DNA from: Gammaproteobacteria bacterium
Lineage (GTDB): Bacteria > Pseudomonadota > Gammaproteobacteria > Ga0077554 > Ga007554
Length of the DNA stretch: 37,043 bases
Assembly: GCA_031421115.1 (NCBI GenBank)
Contig: JANOOA010000239.1
Coordinates: 1 to 37,043, forward strand
Direction of reading: 5' to 3'
In this document: positions 9,648-18,415 of the stretch, one piece after another
Position numbering within the stretch: position 1 is the stretch's first letter
Layout: every line of letters starts with the position of its first letter
Program-made: the position numbers and the translations under genes
The notes under the pieces: generated by a model
Databases searched by the model: none
The model's input: the letters and a program-made list of their open reading frames with translations, nothing else
What the model was told of the DNA's origin: nothing

Positions 9648-10205
9648 ATGCCAAAAATTGCTGAAATTGAAAAAACACCCAACCCCAACGCCATGCGCTT
9701 TGTGCTCAAGGAAGCGCTGACATGGGGCATTGCACGTTCGTTTGACAATGCCGAGCAGGCCGCAAACGACCCACTCGCTGCTACGCTGTTTGCCGTGCCG
9801 CACGTCACGAATGTATTTTATGTGGATCGCTGGTTGACTGTGACGCAAGATGGCGCGGCCTTCTGGGATAAATTGCTGATGGATCTCGCACCGCCGATCC
9901 GCGCCGCCGAACCCGCACCCCAAGTGGCAAAAGATGCCGAAGAAGCCCGCGCCTTTCAAACGCGCGTCGCGCCAGAAGATGTGCAACGCCTCGAAGACAT
10001 CAACAACCTGCTGGATGAACAGATCCGTCCCGCCCTGTTTGCCGATGGCGGAGGACTGGAAGTGCTGGAACTGCTGGACAACCGACTCACCATACGTTAT
10101 CAGGGTGCCTGCGGCACTTGCCCCAGCTCACTGGCGGGAACGCTCAGCGCGATTGAAAATGTGTTGCGCAGAATCGAACCGGATCTTGAAGTGATTGCGG
10201 TATAG
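9648..10205 (+). CDS. Nfu-type Fe-S carrier (Nfu_N domain + NifU C-terminal CxxC domain)
   Basis: 185 aa. The N-terminal EKTPNPNAMRFVL... resembles the Nfu/NifU N-terminal domain. The C-terminal IRPALFADGGGLEVLEL...YQGACGTCPSSLAGTL is the NifU-C CxxC motif. Confidence 0.8.
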   Translation: MPKIAEIEKTPNPNAMRFVLKEALTWGIARSFDNAEQAANDPLAATLFAVPHVTNVFYVDRWLTVTQDGAAFWDKLLMDLAPPIRAAEPAPQVAKDAEEARAFQTRVAPEDVQRLEDINNLLDEQIRPALFADGGGLEVLELLDNRLTIRYQGACGTCPSSLAGTLSAIENVLRRIEPDLEVIAV

Positions 10206-10213
10206 GTTTTTAC

Positions 10214-10534
10214 ATGGCTGATTGGATTACTGTAGCCAGCGTCGATGAAATCAATTCCGACACTCCCAAGGTCGTCGATGTCGATGGCACGTTAATCGCT
10301 GTATTCAACATTGACGGCGAATATTATGCGATTGAAGATGTATGCACTCACGATGGCGGGTTGCTCACTGGCGGCAAGATCGAGTGTGATGTCATTATCT
10401 GCCCCCGCCACGGCGCGCGCTTCTGCATTAAAACCGGCGCGGCGTTATCTGCACCCGCCTATGAAGCCACCACCACTTTTCCGGTGCGTGTACAGGACGC
10501 ACAGATACAGGTGCAAGATACCCGATGGGATTAG
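10214..10534 (+). CDS. small Rieske [2Fe-2S] ferredoxin
   Basis: 106 aa with the Rieske ligand motifs CTHDGG...(17 aa)...CPRHGARF. Last gene of the suf transcription unit. Confidence 0.85.
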   Translation: MADWITVASVDEINSDTPKVVDVDGTLIAVFNIDGEYYAIEDVCTHDGGLLTGGKIECDVIICPRHGARFCIKTGAALSAPAYEATTTFPVRVQDAQIQVQDTRWD

Positions 10535-10569
10535 TCCAAGTCATTCCTGGCGCCGGGTATGACTTGGGA
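10535..10569. terminator. hairpin between convergent suf operon and panD (candidate bidirectional terminator)
   Basis: CCAAGTCAT (10536-10544) pairs with ATGACTTGG (10559-10567) around a 14-nt loop. No strong U-tract. Confidence 0.4.
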
Positions 10570-10570
10570 A

Positions 10571-10951
10571 TTACGCTACTTGCGCAGGAATATGACTTCG
10601 ACTATGGGTAATGAGATTATTTTCGTTAACATAGATAAGCATCGGCTTGAATGACGCCAGTTCATGCTGATTGAGAATCGCATAAGTACAAATAATCAGA
10701 CGATCGCCCGGATGAGCTTTGTGAGCCGCCGCGCCGTTTACAGAAATCATGCCTGACCCGGCCTCAGCCTGGATAGCATAAGTGGTGAAACGCTCACCAT
10801 TGGTAATATTGTAAATATGAATCTGTTCGTATTCATGAATACCCGCTGCCGCCAGCAAGGTGCTGTCGATGGCGCATGAACCCTCATACTCCAGTTCAGA
10901 GTGGGTTACGCGTGCGCGGTGTAATTTTGATTTGAGAAACGTGTACTGCAT
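10571..10951 (-). CDS. panD: aspartate 1-decarboxylase
   Basis: 126 aa. [33 protein letters not shown] contains the conserved self-cleavage G|S site context. Confidence 0.95.
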   Translation of the reverse strand: MQYTFLKSKLHRARVTHSELEYEGSCAIDSTLLAAAGIHEYEQIHIYNITNGERFTTYAIQAEAGSGMISVNGAAAHKAHPGDRLIICTYAILNQHELASFKPMLIYVNENNLITHSRSHIPAQVA

Positions 10952-11227
10952 TTAAGGCTCCTGCTCGGCCAGGTGCGGATATTGCCTGTTGACCCGTGCT
11001 GCTTACGTGAAATAAGACCTCACCCGCGCCCTCAAGTTCAGATAATACCATACTGGCAACCTGCCATACCAACTTTAATATTGACGTAATATACCATAAA
11101 AATCATGCATATACAATAAGAAATTCCGCCTCCCTGGCACAATAGCCGCTGACAGGGATTGCCTAATAAACCTATGTTTGGTATAAGTATCCGTTTGGAT
11201 AGCCAGTTAGTTACGCAGGAAATAATC

Positions 11228-11680
11228 ATGTCCGCACCTAAAAGTAAAGCACCATCGCGCACCGCTGATGAGTTTCGTGGTTTCACGCCCTATAAAGAAA
11301 AAAAGGGCGAGGAATACATGAACGAAAAGCAGGTTCAGCATTTTCGCGATATCCTTGGCGCGTGGAAGCGCGAACTCATGGAAGAAGTGGATCGCACCAT
11401 GCATTATATGCAAGATGAAGCCGCTAACTTTCCCGATCCGAATGACCGCGCCACACAGGAATCCGACTTTACGATGGAGCTGCGCGCCCGTGACCGCGAG
11501 CGTCGGCTGATCAGAAAAATCGAGGAATCACTGCAGAAGCTCGACAATGCCGAATACGGTGATTGCGATGCGTGCGGTGTAGAGATTGGCATCCGCCGTC
11601 TGGAGGCGCGTCCTACTGCGACTTTGTGCATTGATTGCAAAACGCTGGATGAAATCCGCGAAAAACAGATTGGCGGCTAA
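11228..11680 (+). CDS. dksA: RNA polymerase-binding transcription factor DksA
   Basis: Coiled-coil with DxxDxA-type tip ([13 protein letters not shown]) and C4 zinc finger CDACGVEI...CIDC. I prefer ATG at 11228 (AGGAA RBS) over the track start at 11159. Confidence 0.9.
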   Translation: MSAPKSKAPSRTADEFRGFTPYKEKKGEEYMNEKQVQHFRDILGAWKRELMEEVDRTMHYMQDEAANFPDPNDRATQESDFTMELRARDRERRLIRKIEESLQKLDNAEYGDCDACGVEIGIRRLEARPTATLCIDCKTLDEIREKQIGG

Positions 11681-11710
11681 GAACCTGCATTAGAATCTCG
11701 GCCAAGGGAT

Positions 11711-11749
11711 GCAGCGTACCAAAAGCAGGTGCCTCCAGGTGAGGCAAAA
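11711..11749 (+). repeat. ~39-nt intergenic repeat element, copy B (downstream of dksA)
   Basis: gcagcgtaccaaaagcaggtgcctccaggtgaggcaaaa aligns with 4145-4183. It is embedded between the inverted repeats AAGGGAT (11704-11710) and ATCCCTT (11782-11788). Confidence 0.6.
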
Positions 11750-11978
11750 GTGGCCGAAAACGCGTCAGCGGGATTCGCGTATCCCTTGTCATGCCGAGTA
11801 CTGCAACGATGCAGTAAACACCATCTCTCCGCACTAAGCCCGGATTTTTTCTAGCTCCGGCGCTCAAGGCGCCCTGCCTTTATGCCGAGACAGTAGTAAT
11901 GGTATCGTGGTAGTTTTTGCAGATTTCATGCAGACACTTCCTGCCCCCTGAAAAACAGCGAATTTATTGAGGTGTGTC

Positions 11979-12092
11979 ATGAGCACGCGTTTTTATGCGC
12001 GCACTTTTTTGTCCGTCCTGCTAGTGGCCTTGGTCACTGGCTGCGCTCCTTCATCTGATACTGTCTTTCTCAAAATAACCATGCAAATATAA
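11979..12092 (+). CDS. hypothetical 37-aa lipoprotein-like small ORF (possibly a gene remnant)
   Basis: Below the ORF-track cutoff. GAGG RBS 6 nt upstream of the ATG. Translation MSTRFYARTFLSVLLVALVTG|CAPSSDTVFLKITMQI has a textbook lipobox, but only 16 mature residues follow. Confidence 0.25.
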   Translation: MSTRFYARTFLSVLLVALVTGCAPSSDTVFLKITMQI

Positions 12093-12173
12093 TGGCTATT
12101 GGTGTGATATAGTTGACATTATTTTTAATAAAAATGCGCTATAAAGGGGTTAGGGGCAAAGTAGGAGTTGGAT

Positions 12174-12794
12174 ATGCGCACGAAGCTCACAACCGTATTT
12201 TTCATAATGCTGACCAGCCTATGGGTGGGATCGGTTCATGCTGACCTTTATGCCTATACTGATGAAAATGGCATTTTGAATATCACCAATGTGCCCAGCG
12301 TTGATTCGCGCTATAAACTGCTGCGCACAGAGGCCAATGGCCGCACCTGGAAAAACTCCCTTAACGCATTAAAATCGGGGGGGCGGCGCACTCATAAGAA
12401 ATCCGCTGGTCTTGATAACATTGTGCAGCAGGCCGCGCAAACCTATAAGGTAGATGCCGCGCTGGTACATGCGGTGATCCACGCCGAATCCAGCTTTAAT
12501 CCCCATGCGGTATCACCCAAAGGCGCATCCGGCCTAATGCAGTTGATGCCCGCCACCGCCCGCCGCTACGGCGTGCAGGACATTTTCGACCCGAAACAGA
12601 ATGTTGATGCTGGCGTACGTTACCTGAAAGACTTGCTGAAAATGTTTGATAACAACCCGCGCCTTGCCCTGGCGGCATACAATGCTGGCGAGAACACGGT
12701 GATACGCTTTGGCGGTATTCCGCCCTACCCTGAGACCACACAATACGTCAGCAAAGTGCTGAGCCTGCATACCCGCTATCGCAAGAGCAGCTAA
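12174..12794 (+). CDS. secreted lytic transglycosylase (DUF4124-like N-terminal domain + SLT domain)
   Basis: Signal peptide MRTKLTTVFFIMLTSLWVGSVHA. DLYAYTDENGILNITNVP resembles DUF4124. SLT catalytic block AVIHAESSFNPHAVSPKGASGLMQLMPATA...AAYNAGE. ATG at 12174 with an AGGAG RBS is preferred over the TTG at 12168. Confidence 0.85.
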   Translation: MRTKLTTVFFIMLTSLWVGSVHADLYAYTDENGILNITNVPSVDSRYKLLRTEANGRTWKNSLNALKSGGRRTHKKSAGLDNIVQQAAQTYKVDAALVHAVIHAESSFNPHAVSPKGASGLMQLMPATARRYGVQDIFDPKQNVDAGVRYLKDLLKMFDNNPRLALAAYNAGENTVIRFGGIPPYPETTQYVSKVLSLHTRYRKSS

Positions 12795-12799
12795 CCATT

Positions 12800-12829
12800 A
12801 TCGCCCTTTCCCGCACGCGGGAGAGCGAT
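12800..12829. terminator. GC-rich hairpin between convergent SLT gene and greB
   Basis: ATCGCCCTTTCCCGC-AC-GCGGGAGAGCGAT forms a stem of about 13 bp with a 2-nt bulge, followed by CTTTC on the + strand. Confidence 0.5.
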
Positions 12830-12832
12830 CTT

Positions 12833-13327
12833 TCACACATAACGAACACCCATCACTTCATACATCACCGCACCCTGCGGGGTTTGCACGATCACTTCCT
12901 CGTCGACGCCTTTCTTTAACAAAGCACGCGCCAGAGGCGAATCAATGCTAATGCCGCCCTTGTGTAAATCCAGCTCATCCGGGCCGACAATGCGGTAGAC
13001 CACCACGTTACTTTGAGCATCCGCCAGATGCACCCAAGCGCCGAAAAAAATACGGCTTTGATCTTGTGGCGGGGCACGCACCACCTGTAGATCAGGCAAA
13101 CGCTTTTGCAAATAACGCACGCGCCGATCAATTTCACGCAATTCTTTCTTGCGATAAATATATTCCGCGTTCTCCGACCGATCCCCCTCTGCTGCTGCCG
13201 CAGACAACGCCTGCACCACTTCGGCACGCCTTTTCCATAACCCTGCCAGCTCACTCTGCAGATGCTGGTAGCCTGCAGCGGTAATGTAAGGCGCGCTTTT
13301 TGGCTGTGGTGGACGGTAATGTGCCAT
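12833..13327 (-). CDS. greB: transcription elongation factor GreB
   Basis: 164 aa. [56 protein letters not shown] is GreB-like. Confidence 0.85.
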   Translation of the reverse strand: MAHYRPPQPKSAPYITAAGYQHLQSELAGLWKRRAEVVQALSAAAAEGDRSENAEYIYRKKELREIDRRVRYLQKRLPDLQVVRAPPQDQSRIFFGAWVHLADAQSNVVVYRIVGPDELDLHKGGISIDSPLARALLKKGVDEEVIVQTPQGAVMYEVMGVRYV

Positions 13328-13452
13328 TTTTATGATCCTAAAAACGGCGATTGTAGCTTATTGTGAAGTAACTATTCAGCACATTTCCACACGGCAATAG
13401 GATATAATTTCCTGTTTCCACACACCCGATCACCTGTTGGTTCGCACACAAA

Positions 13453-15612
13453 ATGCAAAACACCGTTCGCAACATCCCCCGGCCATGCCCGGTTCCCGAC
13501 CAGCACGGCACTTCCGCCATCCCTGGCGGTCGTAAAATCCTGGTCACCAGTGCCTTGCCCTACGCCAACGGCCCGATACATCTCGGCCACCTGGTGGAAT
13601 ACATTCAAACTGACATCTGGGTGCGGTTTCAGAAAATGCGGGGCAACCAGTGTACCTATGTGTGCGCGGATGATGCACATGGCACGCCGATTATGTTGCG
13701 TGCGCAGCAGGAAGGTATTGCGCCAGAAGCATTGATTGAACGCATTGGCCGCGAACACCGCACCGATTTTGCGGGGTTTAATATTGGCTTCGACAATTAT
13801 TACTCCACACACTCCCCCGAAAATCAGGCGTTTGCGAACCTGATTTATCGGCGGCTGCAAGCTGCCGGATACATTGCCACGCGCACTATCACCCAAGCCT
13901 ATGACCCGATCAAGAACATGTTTTTACCGGATCGTTTCATCCGTGGCGGATGCCCGCGCTGTGGCGCGAAAGATCAATATGGTGACAATTGTGAGGTATG
14001 CGGAGCGACATATTCACCCACGGACCTGAAAAACCCGGTGTCCGCCTTGTCTGGCGCGACACCGATTGAGAAAGAATCCGAGCATTATTTTTTCAGGCTC
14101 AATGCGTTTGAAGAAATGCTGCGTGGCTGGACACGCAGCGGCACATTACAGCCTGAAATCGCCAACAAGCTTAACGAGTGGTTCGAAACTGGGCTACAGG
14201 ACTGGGATGTGTCACGCGATGCGCCGTATTTCGGTTTTGAAATCCCCGATGCGCCGGGTAAATATTTTTACGTGTGGCTGGATGCGCCCATCGGCTATAT
14301 GGCGAGCTTTGAAAATCTTTGCGCGCGCACTGGCATGCGTTTTGATGATTATTGGGCACAAGACAGCACTGCTGAGTTATATCATTTCATCGGCAAAGAC
14401 ATCGTCAACTTTCATGGCCTGTTCTGGCCCGCCATGCTGGAAGGTGCGGGCTTTCGTAAACCCACTGCGATTTTTGCGCACGGTTTTCTTACTATCAATG
14501 GCCAGAAAATGTCAAAATCGCGCGGCACATTCATTCAGGCGCGCACTTACCTCGATCACTTGAATCCCGAATATCTGCGTTATTATTTTGCCGGTAAATT
14601 AAGCGCGCGCGTCGAAGATCTGGACTTGAATCTGGATGATTTCACCCAGCGCGTCAACTCTGACCTGGTGGGTAAAGTCGTCAACATCGCCAGCCGCTGT
14701 GCCGGATTCATCACCAAACGCTTTGACGGCCAGCTTGCAACGCAGTGTGCCGAACCGGCGCTGTACAATGATTTTACTGTGGCAGGCGTAGCGATTAGCC
14801 AACACTATGAAGCGCGTGACTACAGCCGTGCGGTGCGCGAAATCATGGCGCTGGCGGATCGCGCCAATCAATACATCGACGAAAGACAGCCGTGGGTGAT
14901 CGCCAAAGTCGCTTCCGGCGTCGTGCCTCTGGCGACACTTGCACATCCCTGTGCGGCGCAGGCCGATCATGATGCAACGCTGCAAGATGTGTGCAGTATC
15001 GGCATCAATCTGTTCCGGGTATTAATGATTTACCTGAAACCGATTTTACCGGGCATGGCCGCACAAGTTGAAACTTTTTTGAATGTCGCGCCCCTGAACT
15101 GGCATGATCGCACCACGCCGCTCACGGGCCATACCATCAAACCCTATCAACCACTCATGACGCGCGTGGAAAAGGATAAAATAGACGCCATGCTGGCCAG
15201 TGAAAAAGCCGCAGCGCCACCAAAACCTGTGGTGGCCACTGCACAAGAAAAAGTGGCAGAAACCGAGCCGATCAGCCCGATGATTACTTATGATGATTTC
15301 GCCAAAATCGACTTGCGAATTGCCCTCATCGTGAATGCCGAACATGTAGAAGGCGCAGAAAAACTGTTGCGCCTGACGCTGGATCTGGGCAACCTGGAGA
15401 GTGAAACCCGCAACGTATTTGCTGGCATCAAGTCGGCCTATGCACCCGAAGCATTAATAGGAAAACTCACCGTGGTAGTGGCCAATCTCGCCCCGCGCAA
15501 AATGAAATTCGGCGTTTCCGAAGGCATGGTGCTGGCCGCCGGGCCGGGCGGCAAAGACATCTGGATATTACAGCCAGATGCAGGCGCACAACCGGGGATG
15601 CGGGTGAAATAG
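13453..15612 (+). CDS. metG: methionine--tRNA ligase (with C-terminal tRNA-binding domain)
   Basis: 719 aa. HIGH motif [14 protein letters not shown], zinc knuckles CPRCG / CEVCG, KMSKS present, EMAP/Trbp111-like C-terminus ([15 protein letters not shown]...[19 protein letters not shown]). About 24 extra N-terminal residues relative to E. coli. No alternative in-frame start was seen. Confidence 0.95.
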   Translation: MQNTVRNIPRPCPVPDQHGTSAIPGGRKILVTSALPYANGPIHLGHLVEYIQTDIWVRFQKMRGNQCTYVCADDAHGTPIMLRAQQEGIAPEALIERIGREHRTDFAGFNIGFDNYYSTHSPENQAFANLIYRRLQAAGYIATRTITQAYDPIKNMFLPDRFIRGGCPRCGAKDQYGDNCEVCGATYSPTDLKNPVSALSGATPIEKESEHYFFRLNAFEEMLRGWTRSGTLQPEIANKLNEWFETGLQDWDVSRDAPYFGFEIPDAPGKYFYVWLDAPIGYMASFENLCARTGMRFDDYWAQDSTAELYHFIGKDIVNFHGLFWPAMLEGAGFRKPTAIFAHGFLTINGQKMSKSRGTFIQARTYLDHLNPEYLRYYFAGKLSARVEDLDLNLDDFTQRVNSDLVGKVVNIASRCAGFITKRFDGQLATQCAEPALYNDFTVAGVAISQHYEARDYSRAVREIMALADRANQYIDERQPWVIAKVASGVVPLATLAHPCAAQADHDATLQDVCSIGINLFRVLMIYLKPILPGMAAQVETFLNVAPLNWHDRTTPLTGHTIKPYQPLMTRVEKDKIDAMLASEKAAAPPKPVVATAQEKVAETEPISPMITYDDFAKIDLRIALIVNAEHVEGAEKLLRLTLDLGNLESETRNVFAGIKSAYAPEALIGKLTVVVANLAPRKMKFGVSEGMVLAAGPGGKDIWILQPDAGAQPGMRVK

Positions 15613-15620
15613 TCGGGGCC

Positions 15621-16193
15621 ATGCCGATCATCGCCGACAAGATCAACGACATCTTACCGCAAACGCAATGCCGGCAATGTGGCTTTTCTGGCTGCCGTCC
15701 TTATGCTGAAGCCATTGTCCAGGGCGACGCTGATATCAATCAGTGCCCGCCCGGTGGCACGGCCGGCATTGCCAGCATCGCCAGTTTACTGGGCCGTGAT
15801 CCTAAACCACTGAATACGTCACACGGCGAAACCAGGCCAAAAATGCTTGCCGTCATTGATGAGGCTACGTGCATCGGTTGTACGCTGTGCATTGAGGCCT
15901 GCCCGGTTGATGCGATTCTCGGCGCTACGCAGCAGATGCACACCGTAATCAGCGACGAGTGCACCGGCTGTGAATTATGCATTGCACCCTGCCCAGTCGA
16001 TTGCATTATGATGGTGCCCATCCCTCACTACGAAATGCCAGAAACGACCCCTGAACGCACACAACAAAAAGCCTATGCAGCACGCGCCCGCTATGAGTCG
16101 CGGCTGCAACGGCTCGAGCGCGACAAGACCGAGCGTACGACACGCCACCAGCAGAAAAAAGCGGCGCTCACAAAAAGTCACAGTCTGCCATGA
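15621..16193 (+). CDS. RnfB-family ferredoxin (N-terminal Cys cluster + two 4Fe-4S motifs), stand-alone
   Basis: 190 aa. [21 protein letters not shown]...INQCPPGG, then [12 protein letters not shown] and [12 protein letters not shown]. No other rnf genes are nearby. Confidence 0.8.
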   Translation: MPIIADKINDILPQTQCRQCGFSGCRPYAEAIVQGDADINQCPPGGTAGIASIASLLGRDPKPLNTSHGETRPKMLAVIDEATCIGCTLCIEACPVDAILGATQQMHTVISDECTGCELCIAPCPVDCIMMVPIPHYEMPETTPERTQQKAYAARARYESRLQRLERDKTERTTRHQQKKAALTKSHSLP

Positions 16194-16846
16194 CACCCAA
16201 AAAAATCCGCGAGCTTTTCACTCGTCTCAGAGCAGCTAACCCGCACCCCACCACCGAGCTTAACTACACCACCCACTTTGAATTGCTGATCGCTGTCATC
16301 CTCTCTGCGCAGGCCACCGACAAAGGTGTGAACAAGGCCACCGAAAAACTCTTCAAGGTCGCCAACACACCCCAGGCGATCCTGGATTCAGGTGAAGTGG
16401 AACTTAAGCAATACATCAAGACCATTGGCCTGTTTAACAGCAAAGCCAGTAATATCATCAAAACCTGTGCCGCACTGGTAGAGCAACACGCAGGCGAGGT
16501 GCCACGCCACCGTGAGGCGCTGGAAGCGTTGCCAGGGGTGGGCCGCAAAACGGCTAACGTGATTCTCAATACCGCCTTTGGTGAGCCTACCATGGCTGTG
16601 GATACCCATATTTTCCGTATCGCCAACCGCACTGGCCTGGCCCGTGGAAAAACGGTGCTGGAGGTAGAAAAGGGACTGCTTAAAGCTGTGCCTGAAGAAT
16701 TCAAACAGGATGCCCACCATTGGCTGATTCTGCATGGCCGCTATACCTGCATCGCCCGCACACCCCGTTGTGATTCATGTATTATTAGTGACTTATGCGC
16801 CTATATTGGTAAAAAGCATGCGCCAACAAAAAACCGGAATAAATAA
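16190..16846 (+). CDS. nth: endonuclease III
   Basis: 218 aa. HhH-GPD ([13 protein letters not shown]), catalytic region VDTHIFR, C-terminal 4Fe-4S cluster loop C-x6-C-x2-C-x5-C ([17 protein letters not shown]). ATGA overlap with the upstream ferredoxin gene. Confidence 0.95.
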   Translation: MTPKKIRELFTRLRAANPHPTTELNYTTHFELLIAVILSAQATDKGVNKATEKLFKVANTPQAILDSGEVELKQYIKTIGLFNSKASNIIKTCAALVEQHAGEVPRHREALEALPGVGRKTANVILNTAFGEPTMAVDTHIFRIANRTGLARGKTVLEVEKGLLKAVPEEFKQDAHHWLILHGRYTCIARTPRCDSCIISDLCAYIGKKHAPTKNRNK

Positions 16847-16848
16847 CG

Positions 16849-17289
16849 ATGCTATTTGGACAAAACCGCGACCAGTTGCGCCAGGTGTATTTTGAAACAT
16901 GGCGCAAATACCAGAACCACCTGCCTCTGGAGCCTTTGGAAAAAATGATCGCCGACGTGGTAGTGCAACACCCGGAGCATCATGCCCTGCTGGGAAATTC
17001 GGAGAGGTCACTCAGCAAGGACTATCTGCCTGAAGTAGGCGAATCCAATCCTTTTTTGCATATGGGCATGCACATTGGCATTCGTGAACAGCTTACCACG
17101 GATCGACCAGCAGGGATTCGCACGGTGTATCAACAACTGCTAAAGCGTCACCAGGACACACATGCGGTAGAACATCTGATTATGGAATGTCTGGCAGAAA
17201 TGATATGGCAAGCGCAGCGCAATCAGGTTGCGCCAGATGAGGTCGGCTACCTGGAGTGTTTGCACAACTCATGTTTAACTGATGTTTAA
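16849..17289 (+). CDS. DUF1841-family protein (function unknown)
   Basis: 146 aa. The N-terminus MLFGQNRDQLRQVYFETWRKYQ...LEPLEKMIADVVVQHPEHH matches my recollection of DUF1841 proteins. It starts 2 nt after the nth stop. Confidence 0.6.
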   Translation: MLFGQNRDQLRQVYFETWRKYQNHLPLEPLEKMIADVVVQHPEHHALLGNSERSLSKDYLPEVGESNPFLHMGMHIGIREQLTTDRPAGIRTVYQQLLKRHQDTHAVEHLIMECLAEMIWQAQRNQVAPDEVGYLECLHNSCLTDV

Positions 17290-17657
17290 TTCAAACGGTG
17301 CAGACGTATTAATAATTCAGCTTCACCCCGCACCAGACCACAGGCTGCCATTAGTTCGTCAATACTGGCACCTTTCTGCACCAGCTTAATGGCGTGGTTA
17401 TAAGTGGGCGAGACTGGCTCACGAAAATCTGTCTGCTCCTGGCGCTCGGTTAACCGCCGCAATTGCTGCTCGATACTTAGCTTATACGCCTCTATGCTGA
17501 TGGATCCATCACACAAAGCACGCACATCATTTTTTAGTATTTGTAATTCTGCCTCGTGTTGTCTGGTGCATCGCTGCAACACCGCTATTTTCCACCACGC
17601 AGGAATCTGCAACACAACCAACACCAACAGTAATCCACCGATGATATCTGCATTCAT
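17286..17657 (-). CDS. DUF2802-like membrane-anchored protein (terminal gene of the che cluster)
   Basis: I prefer the internal ATG (17655-17657, GGAGGG RBS 8 nt upstream). The product then starts MNADIIGGLLLVLVVLQIPAWW (TM helix), followed by a coiled-coil and the C-terminal block AIKLVQKGASIDELMAACGLVRGEAELLIRLH. Same position as the DUF2802 gene after cheW in Pseudomonas/Vibrio clusters. Confidence 0.6.
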   Translation of the reverse strand: MNADIIGGLLLVLVVLQIPAWWKIAVLQRCTRQHEAELQILKNDVRALCDGSISIEAYKLSIEQQLRRLTERQEQTDFREPVSPTYNHAIKLVQKGASIDELMAACGLVRGEAELLIRLHRLN

Positions 17658-17685
17658 GTATATAACCCTCCAGAACGAGTATAAA

Positions 17686-17862
17686 TCAGGCATAATCATC
17701 AACATGTCCCTCATCACCATTCGGCTCGTTGCGGCCCGCATCGCCTTCTTCAGGCGAGGGTGTGCGTTTACGCCGTGAAGGGTCTTTCCTGGGATCAAGT
17801 TTGTCTTGGGGTTTTTGCGGCCAGATGGGGCGCAACGGACCGACATCACCTACTTTGGCCAC
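17686..17862 (-). CDS. hypothetical small disordered protein (58 aa from GTG 17862; 64 aa if from GTG 17880)
   Basis: This ORF fills most of the 226-nt gap between cheW and the DUF2802 gene. GGAG lies 7 nt upstream of the GTG at 17860-17862. Product: MAKVGDVGPLRPIWPQKPQDKLDPRKDPSRRKRTPSPEEGDAGRNEPNGDEGHVDDYA. No family recognised. Confidence 0.2.
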   Translation of the reverse strand: MAKVGDVGPLRPIWPQKPQDKLDPRKDPSRRKRTPSPEEGDAGRNEPNGDEGHVDDYA

Positions 17863-17883
17863 AAGATCACTCCAGAGCACACT

Positions 17884-18360
17884 TTACAATGAAGATACAT
17901 CCTTCCACTCATCATCATCTAAAAGCTTATTGAGATCTACTAAAATCAATAATTGGTTTTCGCGATTACAAACACCCTGTATATACCGTGAGCTTTCCCC
18001 ACTGCCTACGTTCGGGGCGCTCTCCATACTGGATTCACGCAAATAAGCAACTTCCGCAACGCTATCCACCAAAATACCAATCACGTAACCTGTTACTTCG
18101 ATAATCACAATCCGGCTTAAATCATCAAGCTCTTTTGGCTGTAACCCGAAACGCTGCCGCATATCAACTACCGTGACAATATTGCCTCGTAAATTAATAA
18201 TTCCTAATACATATTCAGGAGCGCCTGGCACCGGTGAAATTTCACTCACGCGCAATACTTCCTGAACCTGCAAGACGTTCACGCCATATATCTCACCGTC
18301 CAGAAAGAAAGTAACCCATTGCGAAATCAAATCCGTCTGATTTTTCTCGACTGGTCTCAT
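17884..18360 (-). CDS. cheW: chemotaxis coupling protein CheW
   Basis: 158 aa single CheW-like domain (FFLDGEIYGVNVLQVQEVL...PGAPEYVLGIINLRGNIVTVVDMRQRFG). Confidence 0.9.
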   Translation of the reverse strand: MRPVEKNQTDLISQWVTFFLDGEIYGVNVLQVQEVLRVSEISPVPGAPEYVLGIINLRGNIVTVVDMRQRFGLQPKELDDLSRIVIIEVTGYVIGILVDSVAEVAYLRESSMESAPNVGSGESSRYIQGVCNRENQLLILVDLNKLLDDDEWKDVSSL

Positions 18361-18415
18361 TGTTAAGGTGCTCCCATAGTGTCATCAATAAGATACAAAT
18401 ATCTTTACACGCCCG

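Noticed and set aside
11159-11227. N-terminal extensions in the ORF track for dksA (11159), the DUF2802 gene (17849), fliL (37036), lptE (4021, TTG), the SLT gene (12168, TTG) and cheY (26163, TTG).
   Set aside because: The extensions have atypical composition and no RBS. Internal ATG codons with good Shine-Dalgarno spacing give N-termini matching the known families. The fliL extension overlaps the predicted sigma-54 promoter.
14908-14976. An extra ~15-20 residue loop in MetRS ([22 protein letters not shown]) relative to my recollection of E. coli MetG, plus a ~24-aa N-terminal extension.
   Set aside because: Lineage-specific loops in aminoacyl-tRNA synthetases are common. The reading frame is intact. 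I cannot evaluate significance without an alignment.
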